Positions 52,784-64,000 are shown, counted from the first letter of the stretch. The stretch is 64,000 bases of DNA from Octopus sinensis (GCF_006345805.1 NW_021828015.1:92468-156467); one strand, 5' to 3'. Numbers and translations: made by a program. Notes: generated by a model not told the origin, from the letters alone.

Positions 52784-54376
52784 TGTTAGAGTGATGAAAG
52801 GCAATGTTGTATTAGAACTCAGAAGATAAGGAACCAAAACATTGCTGATTTCCAAGTTGACCCAGTTCTTTCTTGAAGTGTGTTAGCAGACATGGACAAT
52901 GGAAAGAATTTCCGCTTAACTTTTCTTTTCTTCAATAATTTGATATTACCACTTGGATGCTTTTATGATGCTTTTTTAGCCTTTTTGCTTTTTGCCTTTT
53001 AGCTGTTGATTTTGGTTGGTTGTTTGTGTGTGTGATATTTATTTATCTAAACATTCTTCTTCAATTTCTAAAAATTTCCTTTTCATAATTTATTGTTTCC
53101 TTCCACACAGAGAAATGTTTGTTTGATGGTTTGTCTTCAGATGCTTTAGAAAACTGTTACAATGAAAACTGAAAAAAAACATATAAAAATAAGAGCCACA
53201 CAAAAGAAAGGCTGACACTTTTACCTTGAATCATCATCATCATCATCATCATCACCACCACCACCACAACCGCCACCACCACCACCACCACCAGCATCAT
53301 CATCTACATATACATATATGTGTATATCATCATCATCATCATCATCGTTTAACGTCCACTTTCCATGCTAGCATGGGTTGGACGATTTTGACTGAGGGCT
53401 GGCAAACCAGATGGCCGCACCAGGCTTCAATCTTGATCTGGCAGAGTTTCTACAGCTGGATGCCCTTCCTAACGCCAACCACTCCGAGAGTGTAGTGGGT
53501 GCTTTTTTTGTATGTATATGTGGGTGTGTATGTATATACATATACAGAGGAGTCCAGTGTAATCCATAGGCAGGAGAGGTGCAGCTGAAGTGTAGAAAGT
53601 CCAGTAGAGAATCCGTAGAAGTTTGTGGGTGATGAGGAGACAGGATTAACTGCCGTCTATATATATATATATCTATATATATAAAAAAGAGAGATTCTGT
53701 CTGTTTGTCTGTTTGTCCCACAAAACAAAAGTAAGCCACCATCGCATTTATAAGCATAGGCGTTTTGTCCACTTTTATGCTTTAACTATGGTGATGATAA
53801 TGATGATGATGATGGCGTGACCAGAGCTAAAGTGCCAAAATTTCCAAAGAATCAACACCTTTCATTCTCTCTCCCACTCTATTTATCTTTCTGTCTTTTC
53901 TATTTGGTTGGAAATTGTCCTGTGGCGAGAATGGTCAGCTTTCAAGACAAAGACAACCATCACACCATATATATTTATTCATTTATTTAGTCTGTTCTGC
54001 ACAATTAAACACAGTCAATCTCTCTCTCTCTTTCTCTCTCTCACACCCTCTCTCTTCATTTATAGATGCCATGCAGTGTGACTGAACTGGGAACCATGTG
54101 GTTGGTAAGCAAGGTACTTACCACACAGCCACTCCTACGCCTATAAATATATATATATATGACCGTGATCGACCGGGTTATCAGATGTTGCTACACATCC
54201 CTGGTCACAATGCGCTTTGCATTGTTTTAGCCTTCAAATGACGCCACCCTGCTGGCTAAGTGAGCAGGCCAACAGACGAAAGAGTGAGAGAAAGTTGTGG
54301 CGAAAGAGTACAGCAGGGATCGCCCCCCCCCCCTGCAGGAGCCTCGTGAAGCTTTAGGTGTTTTCGCTCAATAAAC

Positions 54377-54417
<41 letters not shown>

Positions 54418-54949
54418 TATCTGCTATGTTTGGGTTTTGAGCTTTGTCTCTTGGTGTGTAAATAGCTTTTTAAAATCATTGCCACCCCCATAAAAGATCA
54501 TGATTTATAGATTGTCCATAGCATTTGTCACCATTGGTGCTTTTATTCCACACATTTATTAATGGAGTCACAGTTAAACAGAAGACTAGTGATGACAAGA
54601 AGTTCCCCTTGCTCTTTCCCTGGCAGCCAATCTGAAAACCACACCCTTTCTTTTATGGCAATAGAGCTGGTTATTTTGATTTGTTTTTCTTGTTTTTTCG
54701 TCTATATTTTTGTTCTCGTTATTTTGCAGTGTCATTGATGTTTTCCATTCTTCACATAATTTACTCCATTTAAAACTTTTAGAAGGAAAATTTTGACAGT
54801 GACTTTGAAGTGGCTGTCATTGTCTTCCTTATAAAAGCCTAATAAATATGTACTCCACCAAAACTTATTGAATAATCCTTCAGTTTAGTGTTAACTTGTA
54901 TTAATATATAACTTGACATAACTTCAAACTATATATATGTATATATATT

Positions 54950-55362
54950 ACTCTTTACTCTTTTACTCTTCTACTTGTTTCAGTCATTTGACTGCAGCCA
55001 TGCTGGAGCACCGTCTTTTAGTCGAGCAAATCGACCCCAGGACTTATTCTTTGTAAGCCTAGTACTTATTCTATCGGTCTCTTTTGCCGAACCGCTAAGT
55101 AACGGGAACGTAAACATACCAGCATCGGTTGTCAAGCGATGTTGGGGGTACAAACACAGACACACAAACACACACATACATATATATACATATATATATA
55201 TATACGACAGGCTTCTTTCAGTTTCCGTCTACCAAATCCACTCACAAGGCTTTGGTCAGCCCGAGGCTATAGTAGAAGACACTTGCCCAAGGTGCCACGC
55301 AGTGGGACTGAACCCGGAACTGTGTGGTTCGTAAGCAAGCTACTTACCACACAGCCACTCAT
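54950..55362 (-). mobile_element. SINE family A, full length, little-diverged
   Basis: Reverse-strand copy retaining CpGs; tail (ttttactc)n at 54950-54972. Confidence 0.85.
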
Positions 55363-55364
55363 AT

Positions 55365-55530
55365 AGATGAAATTTATAGAAAAACAAAAGACAAAGCCAG
55401 GTGTATGAACACCAAGCAGGTGTATTAGTTTGACACTTGGGGAAAATGAAAAAGTCATATTTGTTTCGAGCCTATGCTCTTCAGCAGAAAGGAATAAGAG
55501 AAAATAAACAGAGAGAGATTGAAAAAAACT
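55365..55530 (-). mobile_element. Penelope-like terminal repeat (pLTR-like)
   Basis: The reverse complement reads ttcctttctgctgaagagcataggctcgaaac...aaactaatacacctgcttg, homologous to 24090-24270. Confidence 0.55.
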
Positions 55531-55964
55531 AGTAGGTTTAGCAGTCAAGCATGGCGAATCAAGACTTTTTGCTTCCCAACCACATGGTTCCAGGTTCAGA
55601 AAGTACTGGCATCACCCACGTTCAGATGGTAATGGCTAATGAAAGAAAATGCTGCACAATATATCAAGTAGAGATGACTGGAAAAGTTCAAAATATACTT
55701 TGACAGCAAAATAGGAGATACGTACTTCGATTAAAAGACGAAAGTATTATTCTGAAAAATTCATTTTGCCCAGGGTTGTTCCTGAACTTGAAAAGCAAGG
55801 CTTTCTCTCTTTGTCCTCATATCTGGAAATATATTTTGACCAACTGGTCAGTTTGATCTCAACAGTAACAGTTGGCTTTTCACATTGTTTGGAGTACCGA
55901 CACGTAAAACTTTGTTTTCACACCTTCACACCATATGCATGGTACAGCAATCCCTACTTGATGA

Positions 55965-56016
<52 letters not shown>

Positions 56017-56629
56017 GGTGGTGATGGTGGTGATGATGATTATGATGATGATGATTTACACACTCATACATACACATACCCATGCATAATTTTTTTTAAA
56101 AATCTGCTCCACCTTACTTTCCTATCTCCATCTCTTTCATAAAACTTCTCGGGGTTCATAGACTTACAAGCTTTATCGGGAACTCACTAGTGCTGGTGGC
56201 ATGAAAAAAAAAAGCATCCAGTACACACTGTAAAGTGGTTCACATAAAGAAAGGCATCCAGCTGTAGGACCCATGTGAAAGCAGACACTGAAACATGAAA
56301 CAAGTCCTTGGGTTCATTGGATCCTTTCAAACCATCCAACCTATGCCAGCATAGACCACAGGCATTAGATGATGATGATGATGATGATTACTCTGGTGGG
56401 ATTTGAAAACAGAATGCAAGAGACTGGAAGAAATAGCCTAAACACCACAAGGCATATTTTTCTGACGCTCTAATGGTATCAGCGGTCTGCTACCTTTGGG
56501 TCTTGAGTTCTTATCTCTTCATGTAAATCACAGAATCAACCAGATTAGCAGATGCAGTTACACATCGCTGGTCCCAATGCGCTTCTTGTTCGTTAGCTTT
56601 TGAATGATACCACTACACTGGCTAGTGGG

Positions 56630-57310
56630 GGCGCATGGCTTAGTGGTTAGGGTGTTGGACTGATGAATGTAAGATTGTGCTTTCAATTCCTGGACTAGGC
56701 AATGCCTTGTGTTCATCATCATCATCATCATCATTCATTTCATGTTGCTGCGGTCCACTGCTGACTATAATGAGTAATCCTGAGGGACCAGCATCCCGTC
56801 CAGATGGGGAATATATATGTCAGGAAACTGAGAAACTGGCCCTTATGGGTTGCTATGGCTTAAGAAGGTAACTTAGTGGAGCTGTGTGGCTTAGTGGTTA
56901 GGGTGTTGGACTCATGATCAGAAGATTGTGGTTTCAATTCCTGGGCCAGGCAACTCATTGCTGTGTTCTTGAGCAAAACACTTCATTTTATGTTGTTCCA
57001 GTTTGCTCAACAGGCAAAAGTGAATAATCTTGCGATGGCCCAGCATCCCACCCAGGAGGGGAATACCCCATGAAACCGGGAAACCAGTACTATAAGTCTG
57101 AGGAGGCACGTGGCTTTGTGGTTAAAATTTGGGACTTTTGATCGTAAGATTGTAGTTTCAATTCCTGGACTGGGTAACACATTGTGTTTTTGAGCAAAAC
57201 ATTTCATTTAATGTTGCTGCAGTCTGCTCAGCTGGCAAAAAACAACGGACCGGCATCTCACCCATGTGGAGAATATATATGCCATGAAACCAGTAAACCA
57301 GCAAGAAGGT
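56630..57310 (+). mobile_element. three tandem old family-C-like SINEs
   Basis: The head gtggcttagtggttagggtgttggactc recurs at ~56636, ~56886 and (degenerate) ~57110, with homologous bodies. Confidence 0.65.
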
Positions 57311-57929
57311 AACCAAAAAAAAAAATAAGAGAAAAACTACACTGGCTAGGTGAGCGCGTCAACATTCCTCCTGACCTTCCAAGGCTACTCTGTTGCAGGG
57401 TCATCCATTTATGGCTGAGTGGACTGAAGCAACCTGAAATGAAGTGTTCGGCTCAAGAACACAACACACCACACACACCAGGGAAATGAACCCACAATTA
57501 AGCAATCACGAGATCAATACACTAACCACTAGGCCACACATCATCACCTTGGTGTAAATAGTTTTCTAAAATTATCCCCTCATAAAAGATCATGATTTAT
57601 AGATTGTCCATAGCATTTGTCACCATTGGTGCTTTTATTCCACAGATTTATTAATGGAGTCACAATTAAACACAAGACTGGTGATGATAAGAAGTTCCCA
57701 ATGCCATTCCCACCAACAACCAGTCTGAAAACACATTGCCTTTTTCTTTTGGTTTTTTTTTTCATGGAGACAGAGCTAGTTGTTTTGATTTCCTTTTTTT
57801 TCTTGTTTTTTTTTTGTTTTGTTTTCTGAATTTTTGTTATTATCTTACAGTGTTATTGTTTTTTTTTCCGTTTTTTGACATAGTGTACTTCATTGTGCTA
57901 CCACAGTGTTAGCACTGCTTTGTTCACAT

Positions 57930-57954
57930 ACAACAACAACAACAACAACAACAA

Positions 57955-58017
<63 letters not shown>

Positions 58018-58460
58018 CCTCCTCCTCCTCCTCCTCCTCCTCATCCTCATCATCATCATCATCATCATCATCATTATTATCACTATTATTGTTATTATTG
58101 TTATTATCATTATTATCACTATTATTGTTATTATTATTATTATCACTATTATGTTATTATTGTTATTATCATTATTATCACTATTATTGTTATTATTATT
58201 ATTATCACTATTATTGTTATTATTGTTATTATTGTTATTATCATTATTATCATTATCATTATTAGTATTATTATGTTTTTATTGATGCTATTGTTGTTAT
58301 TGCTATTGCAATTACTATTACTGATATTATTATTGATGTCATTATTATTGTAGTTGTTCTTTATTATTATCATCATCATTATTATTATTATTATCATTAT
58401 TATTATTATTGTTGTTGTTGGTGTTGTAGTCACTATTATTATTGTTATTATCGCCATAGC
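57930..58460. repeat. (CAA)(CAT)(CCT)(TAT) compound trinucleotide array
   Basis: Direct reading. It includes an internal repeated unit attatcactattattgttatt. Confidence 0.9.
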
Positions 58461-59619
58461 AAACTACTATTATGTTGCCACATTCTTTTATTCGTTTACA
58501 TATACATTTATTTATTCATACATTCACTCATTCTTTCTTATTTGTCACTGTTTATTGATAAATTATTTATCTCTGTTGTATTCCATGCACAAGAGTCCAC
58601 TCGTATTATTTGCAGCACGACCGCTCGTCTCCATTTTGCTTTTAAAAAGCGGGCTCCCTTTAAAAAGACAGAATTAATGGGGAGAAAAATACTGAAGCTT
58701 TATCAAAATAAAGCAAGCCAGGGAACATTCTCTATCAAATTAGTCTCAATTATCACTCAACACATACAACAGGGGGGGGGGAAGAGAAAAAAATTAAAAG
58801 AATAAAACAAAATAAAAACAGATTTGGTAAAGTAAAAAAATAGAGCAAAAAATCCGAACAAAGGGATTAAGATACACAACAGGAAGTCGCTGTAACTGAG
58901 AGCCATTACCCAAGTTTTAATACAATGGAAATCAAACCAATTGCTTCCAGAGTGTCGGAGGCTGTTGTGGTCGTCACACACATCATCATCAATGTAAACA
59001 AAAACATATGTAACAAGAATAGATATTGTAAAGATCTGAAAGCTCAGCATTATTGTGAAAAAAAGATGACGAAAAAGACAAATATGTCAAAATACCAAAA
59101 CGCAAATCTGTTGAAATGGTGACTGTCCTCGGGAAATTAATGCAGGCGTTAGCAATACAAGAGTTTTGTTTTGTTTGTTTTGGGTTTTTTTTTTACTATA
59201 GACAGTCATCTCAATCACAAAAGCTGCTTACTTACACCTGTATCTTAAAATATATGCATATTTCATATTTTTATGAAATATAAGCATATGTATGTGTGTA
59301 TGTACACATACACATACATATGCCCTATGTACCTAGACACAGATGTATATGTGTGTGTGCATGCATATATATATGTGTGTGTGTATGTGTATGTGTAAGT
59401 GAGTGTTTGTGTGTGTGTATATACATATATACAGACACATTCATATATACATAGACATACATAAAGAGACATACATACATACACACATTGGTGAAGTCCT
59501 GGCTATGTGGTTAAGAAGCTTGCTTCCCAACCATGTGGTCTCAGGTTCAGTCCCATCACATAACATCTTGGGCAGGTGTCTTCTACTATAGCTTCAGGCT
59601 GACCAAAGCTATGAGAATG

Positions 59620-60575
59620 GATTTCTTCATCATTGCGAATACAGTCAAATATTACTGACAAAGTCTCTCCACAATTCACAATTTTCCACTGCTCCTGGCA
59701 ACTGCTTCTTATTGAGGTTTGTATCATTTGAGAGTTGATCAATAAATAGTCACACAGGTCTTCCTCTACTGCGTTTCTCATCAGCTCATTCACACAATAG
59801 CATCTTGTGTATAACTTCCAGCTTACTTCTCCAGCAATGTCCTACAAATCATAACCGTCTTTGAGCAATAAATAGAGAATACTAAACTCATTCCCTATGG
59901 ATACCGTATTATTACAACGAGTGGCTTGTAAACGTATCTAACTCGCTTTCGCTCGTTAGATACGTTTACAAGCCACTCGTTGTAATAATACGGTATCCAT
60001 AGGGAATGAGTTTGGTATTTTATTTATTACACACGAATAAACGACCATATTTTATTAACCCAATAACTAAATTCTTCACGTTTAGTTGTAACTTAAGAAT
60101 GACAAAAGTAGTGCCGTCACCGTGACCTCGGGTCATCACCATGTATTGACCAATCAGAAGCAGCGCTGTCACCATGACCTCGGATCATCACCATGGATTG
60201 ACCAATCAGAAGCAGTGCTCGCAGTATCTGACATATGTTAGATACCAAAAATATCTCAAAGTGTTCTCACTCACATGTGTGTAATAATAGTTGTTATCTT
60301 GGGCAAGTTTCTATATTTGTAATACACTAATGCCAGTTTATGTTTTGTTCAATCCTAGGCATTTCAGAGTATGCACCCTCTAGTTTCTGCAAACGCCCTT
60401 GTATCAGGGTGCATGTACCCAAACCATTAAACAACACTGACTCAACAAATGTTCTGAAGAATGATATTTTGATTTCTCTGAATAGATCTGACTTCCATAC
60501 CTTTTCCATTTTGTTCATTGCAGCCAAAGATTCAGTAATTCTAATGTCACTGTCCTTTTTGTTGAACTTACCAAA
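59620..60575 (-). mobile_element. decayed RTE-type LINE 3' end, interrupted by an insertion at 59871-60282
   Basis: AAMNKMEKVWKS...SFFRTFVESVLFNG...INWH...LPKITTII resumes after the insert as AQRRL*FVGHCWRSKLEVIHKML...KRSRGRP..FIDQL. Confidence 0.85.
59871..60282. mobile_element. non-autonomous palindromic element inserted in the RTE relic
   Basis: It has 65-bp inverted arms (59878-59942 / 59955-60019, 1 mismatch), a 52-bp tandem duplication with CCAAT boxes (60116-60219), and a flanking AATAA direct repeat (59867-59871, 60283-60287). Confidence 0.8.
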
Positions 60576-60577
60576 CT

Positions 60578-60770
60578 TTTCTCAGTTCTGCTGGTTGTGG
60601 GTCTCCCAGAACGTTCATCAATATTGATATTTTTTCAGCCTTCTTGGAAACGTCTGAACCACTCATACACTTGTGTGTAGCTCATACACAGCTCTCAATA
60701 TACTTTCTGCAATTTTGCATAGGCCTCTGAACAAGTATCATCCTGACAACTTTCTGATGTTTTCATCTTT
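60578..60770 (-). mobile_element. mariner transposase N-terminal (HTH) relic
   Basis: The minus strand reads SEAYAKLQKVY*ELCMSYTQVYEWFRRFQEG*KNINIDERSGRPTTS, matching the mariner W..RF..G.....D..RSGRP motif. Confidence 0.8.
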
Positions 60771-61542
60771 TGAATTCAAGAAAGCACCTGGACGTTTTTT
60801 TTTTTTTTAGAATGATTTATCTATCAGCAGAACAGAAGGAGGAGGTGCAGGCTCTGCCTGTTGGAAGGGACAGTCATTTAAAAACAATTCTCATGATTTG
60901 AGAGCTTTCCTCCACTCAAAATACAAATCTTTGGCTGCTGTCTTTGTGAATGAAAGTTCATTTTGATAAGATGGTCATATTCAATTTCTGAACCAGGTAA
61001 TGGTATGTATGTATATGTGAACTGTTGTGGTGAGAGTCATTGACACCCCTGTGGGATTGGAAGAATGGATTAGCCGAACTCTTATAAAAAGTAGCATATT
61101 GGCTGAGACGAGAGAGAAGTAGTAGGAGGCATTGAGAGTTCGTGGGAGTTGTAGATTATCATTGAGATTATTGAAAGTTTATATTTATAGGAGTATCATG
61201 TTTATTGAAGTAATTTGAAGTACGTCGTGTGAAGACAGTTGTGTGTATCCCTGCTTCGTGAAATCTGTGTACCCAACATACAGAAGGATATAAAATAAAT
61301 ACAGTTGATACACTTGGTCCATGGTTAACATCATTCTACAGGGTATAACTATTCTTCCTTCCCCAATAATAACACCTTGTGCATACATAATCCATACATA
61401 CACGTAAACAAAAAGACACACAGATAAACCGACAGGCAGGCAAATAGACAGATAGATATGCATACATACAATCATACACACATACACACACACACACATA
61501 CACACACGCACACACACAAATAGTCAGGTACACATATACACA

Positions 61543-61981
61543 CAAGGGGGTGCTGAAAAGTTCCTGGCTTTGGGTAAAAGAAAATACAGGAGGGTCAGTT
61601 ATGATCTTATTGAATATATTCCCCTCACAGATTCACACACACTTATTGCAGCAGCCCTTCATTTCTACTAAACCCTGTAAAAGAATTCAAAAGTTTGGGC
61701 CTCCAACCAGGCCTTTCACGATACCTTTAACCGTTTAGCATTTAAACCGGCCATATCCAGCCAAAAGTATTCTGCCTGTTTTATGTTCAAACTGGCCAGA
61801 TCTGGTCTCTCACACCAACCCTACAATATCGTTTTAAAAATTAACAGCAACATCATCAAAATCTCATAGCTACAAGATAATGCATGATTAGTTCAAAGCA
61901 ATGTGGATAAAGAAGTATTAATTTTGGCAGAATAATGTGAACACTAAAGAGTTAAAGCAGGAACTTTTCAGCACCTCCTCA
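61543..61981. mobile_element. mariner-type MITE with nested piggyBac-like MITE (61731-61951, TTAA TSD)
   Basis: The TIRs match 50334-50549. The inner element is bounded by TTAA at 61727-61730 and 61952-61955. Confidence 0.7.
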
Positions 61982-64000
61982 TACATATGTACATACATAG
62001 TATATTTCCTGGCATACAAGCTGAACTTGTCAGACCTAAATTTATAGCCCCAAAATATGTAGGTGGACTTACGCACCAAGACAACATTGGAGGACCAAAC
62101 CTTCCATGTGAAATGCAGCAGGATTTTGGAAAGATGGTGACAATCTTTGAATGTTCACACTACATGTTTACAAAATATATTACATTGACTTGTAAGTCGG
62201 AAAATGCAGTACATACATATATTACAATGCTGTATAAATTCCAAAGAAATTATCTTGTTTCTTCATTGGTGATAAATTTTCAAAATAAAACCAGGAAAGC
62301 AGACATAACTATTTATAAAAACCAAAGCAAATACTTCCATTGTGGTGGCTGTTGTGGTTATCACGAATTTTATTAGAATAAGCAGAACAGATGTTCAAAG
62401 GATAGATAGCATAAAACGTTAAGATCTCACCTTATTTTGAAAAACTGACAAAATATCAAATGCAAATTTGTTGAAATACTGACTATCTTCAGGAAATTAT
62501 GCAAGCATTAGCAAAGAACTGTTTTACCATAATTGTCAGGTGAATCACAAAAGGTGATGTTTACTTATGTCTGTATTCTTAGAATATATCCATATTTCTA
62601 CCAAACGTCTGTGTTTGTGTGCATGCTTGTGTGTATGTGTGTTTATTTACCATTCTTTTAATATTCCTTTATACTTTCTGAAAACCTAAACATCTAGAGA
62701 AATAAAAATTCACACAAACACACGCAAGTATGTACACACAAATAAGCACACTTCAACCATGCACACTCACTCACATACACACACATATGTACACATACAT
62801 AAAAACATTAACACCGTCATACAAAAAAAATATACATTCACACAAATATGAACATCCCAAAGACACAACATACAGACAAAAAGAACTAAACAAAGACACA
62901 ACAGAAATATCAATAAACAGGGTCAGGTGATGGGGATAAACTGGATTTTAGTGTTTTACTCAAGACCACAACACCTCACCCAGTCCAGGAATCAAAACTA
63001 GAAACCTTATGATCAGGAGTGCAATGCCCAAATTACTAAGCTACACATCTTCACATTACTCCAATATACTCCACTGCAAATGCGTACCAGCTGACTACTG
63101 ATGCAGCTTTCTCTCCTTCAGACAGCCACATCTTAAAAGAAGGGCCAAGAAAGGATCTATATTTGCACCCAGCCACATAGTCACCTAAAATAATTAGCAA
63201 AAGCAAAGTTGTTTTTGTTTCTTTTCGAGCTATGCCTGGCTCATAAGGGCCAGGTTCTCAGTTTCATTGGTGTATAGGTTCTCCACATGGATGGAATGCA
63301 GGTCCGTCACAGGTGAGCTGCTAGATGCAAGAGGAAAGAGTGAGAGAAAGCTGTGGCGAAAGAGTCAACAGAAGTTCACCATTATCTTCTGCTGGAGCCA
63401 CATGGAGCTTATGTGTTTGGCTCATAAACACACACATCGCCTGGTCTGAGATTCAAACCCGTGATCTCTCCATTGCATGTCTGCTGCTCTAACCATTAGG
63501 CCATGTACCTCCACACAGCAAAAAATAGTGGCAGCTACTGTAAAAGGATAATTTGACGAACATTTTGCTTCTATGTCTAGGAGACCAAGAAACCACATAG
63601 AAATTCTTTCTAGCATTTGTTTTTTTGACACTACCATCTATGTCTTTCTAACCTTCATATATTGGTGTCAATTCTGTAGAAAAACGTAACCCCCACCACC
63701 CCGACAATTAGTGATTCATGACTGATAAAACAAATGCAAAAACATTTTAATTCTAATAATTAATGTTTGAAGTTTATTTTCGTTTCGTTATTGTTTATTC
63801 TGTTTTGCTTTTTAATTTTGTATTTTTGATTTTTACGTACTTAACCTTCAAATGATATCACAATTGAAGGTAAATAAATTAATGTTATGACTCAATTTAA
63901 AATAAGCAATTAGTTGAGAAATCAGCAAATTAATTTAGTTTTCCATTTAGAAATATTTTGGAACAAGCCATAAAATCACCAATTATAGAGAAGGAAATGA

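Noticed and set aside
57680-57730. C/D-box snoRNA-like GTGATGA...CTGA present in both copies of the duplicated block
   Set aside because: It spans only ~48 nt, has no terminal stem outside the boxes, and is on the strand opposite the host gene.
58890-59010. minus-strand signal-peptide-like ORF (MFLFTLMMMCVTTTTASD...)
   Set aside because: It is very short, the paralogous block has a stop in this frame, and the differences are non-synonymous, so there is no coding constraint.
62073-62150. minus-strand GTAAGT donor with short open frame as upstream CFAP221 exon
   Set aside because: The acceptor is poor, and the peptide (KIVTIFPKSCCISHGRFGPPMLSWC) does not resemble the expected 'LPFAFP' segment.
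63088-63184. 97-nt exon-like segment (ttttag|GTGAC...CTG|gtacgc)
   Set aside because: It lies between SINE fragments, its phase is incompatible with the phase-0 exon at 44980, and it has no similarity to CFAP221.

Overview
This is AT-rich, repeat-saturated eukaryotic DNA. The SINE families and extreme microsatellite load look like an Octopus (coleoid cephalopod) genome, judged by recognition rather than a search. Almost the whole window is intronic. Four short minus-strand exons (44980-44900, 26091-25990, 22755-22537, 4514-4380) splice in phase 0 into one open reading frame: IYDTFSQVPLSHKEFISRKTVSYEDLL|VPQYYKLQEYEPCDIHEAAVSYLHPDPERYTPMT|ARTSL...KNSAEFMF|NPIPNLLTFEVPLSYSEFNADFNMCPVPRFPKQNSLTQKKFLDKN. 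It is colinear with the C-terminal half of CFAP221/PCDP1, the ciliary central-pair C1d protein, as I recall the human sequence. The gene's 5' exons probably lie beyond the right edge, and the 3' end is at or beyond the left edge. The introns hold four tRNA-derived SINE families, decayed LINEs (CR1, RTE, R4/Dong-like), Penelope-like terminal repeats, mariner and DD37D(maT)-type transposase relics, Helitrons, and hAT-, piggyBac- and mariner-type MITEs. Most long ORFs in the supplied track are microsatellite artefacts. There is no CRISPR array, rRNA or convincing tRNA gene. The best second-look items are: (1) a ~95%-identical inverted duplication bracketing the 81-nt exon; (2) three long fold-back hairpins in the pre-mRNA; (3) a palindromic insertion whose inverted repeat is completed only if the element circularises; (4) a candidate poison or recursive-splicing exon; (5) hammerhead-like motifs in the Penelope-like repeats. 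I cannot claim a wholly new biological system from sequence alone.
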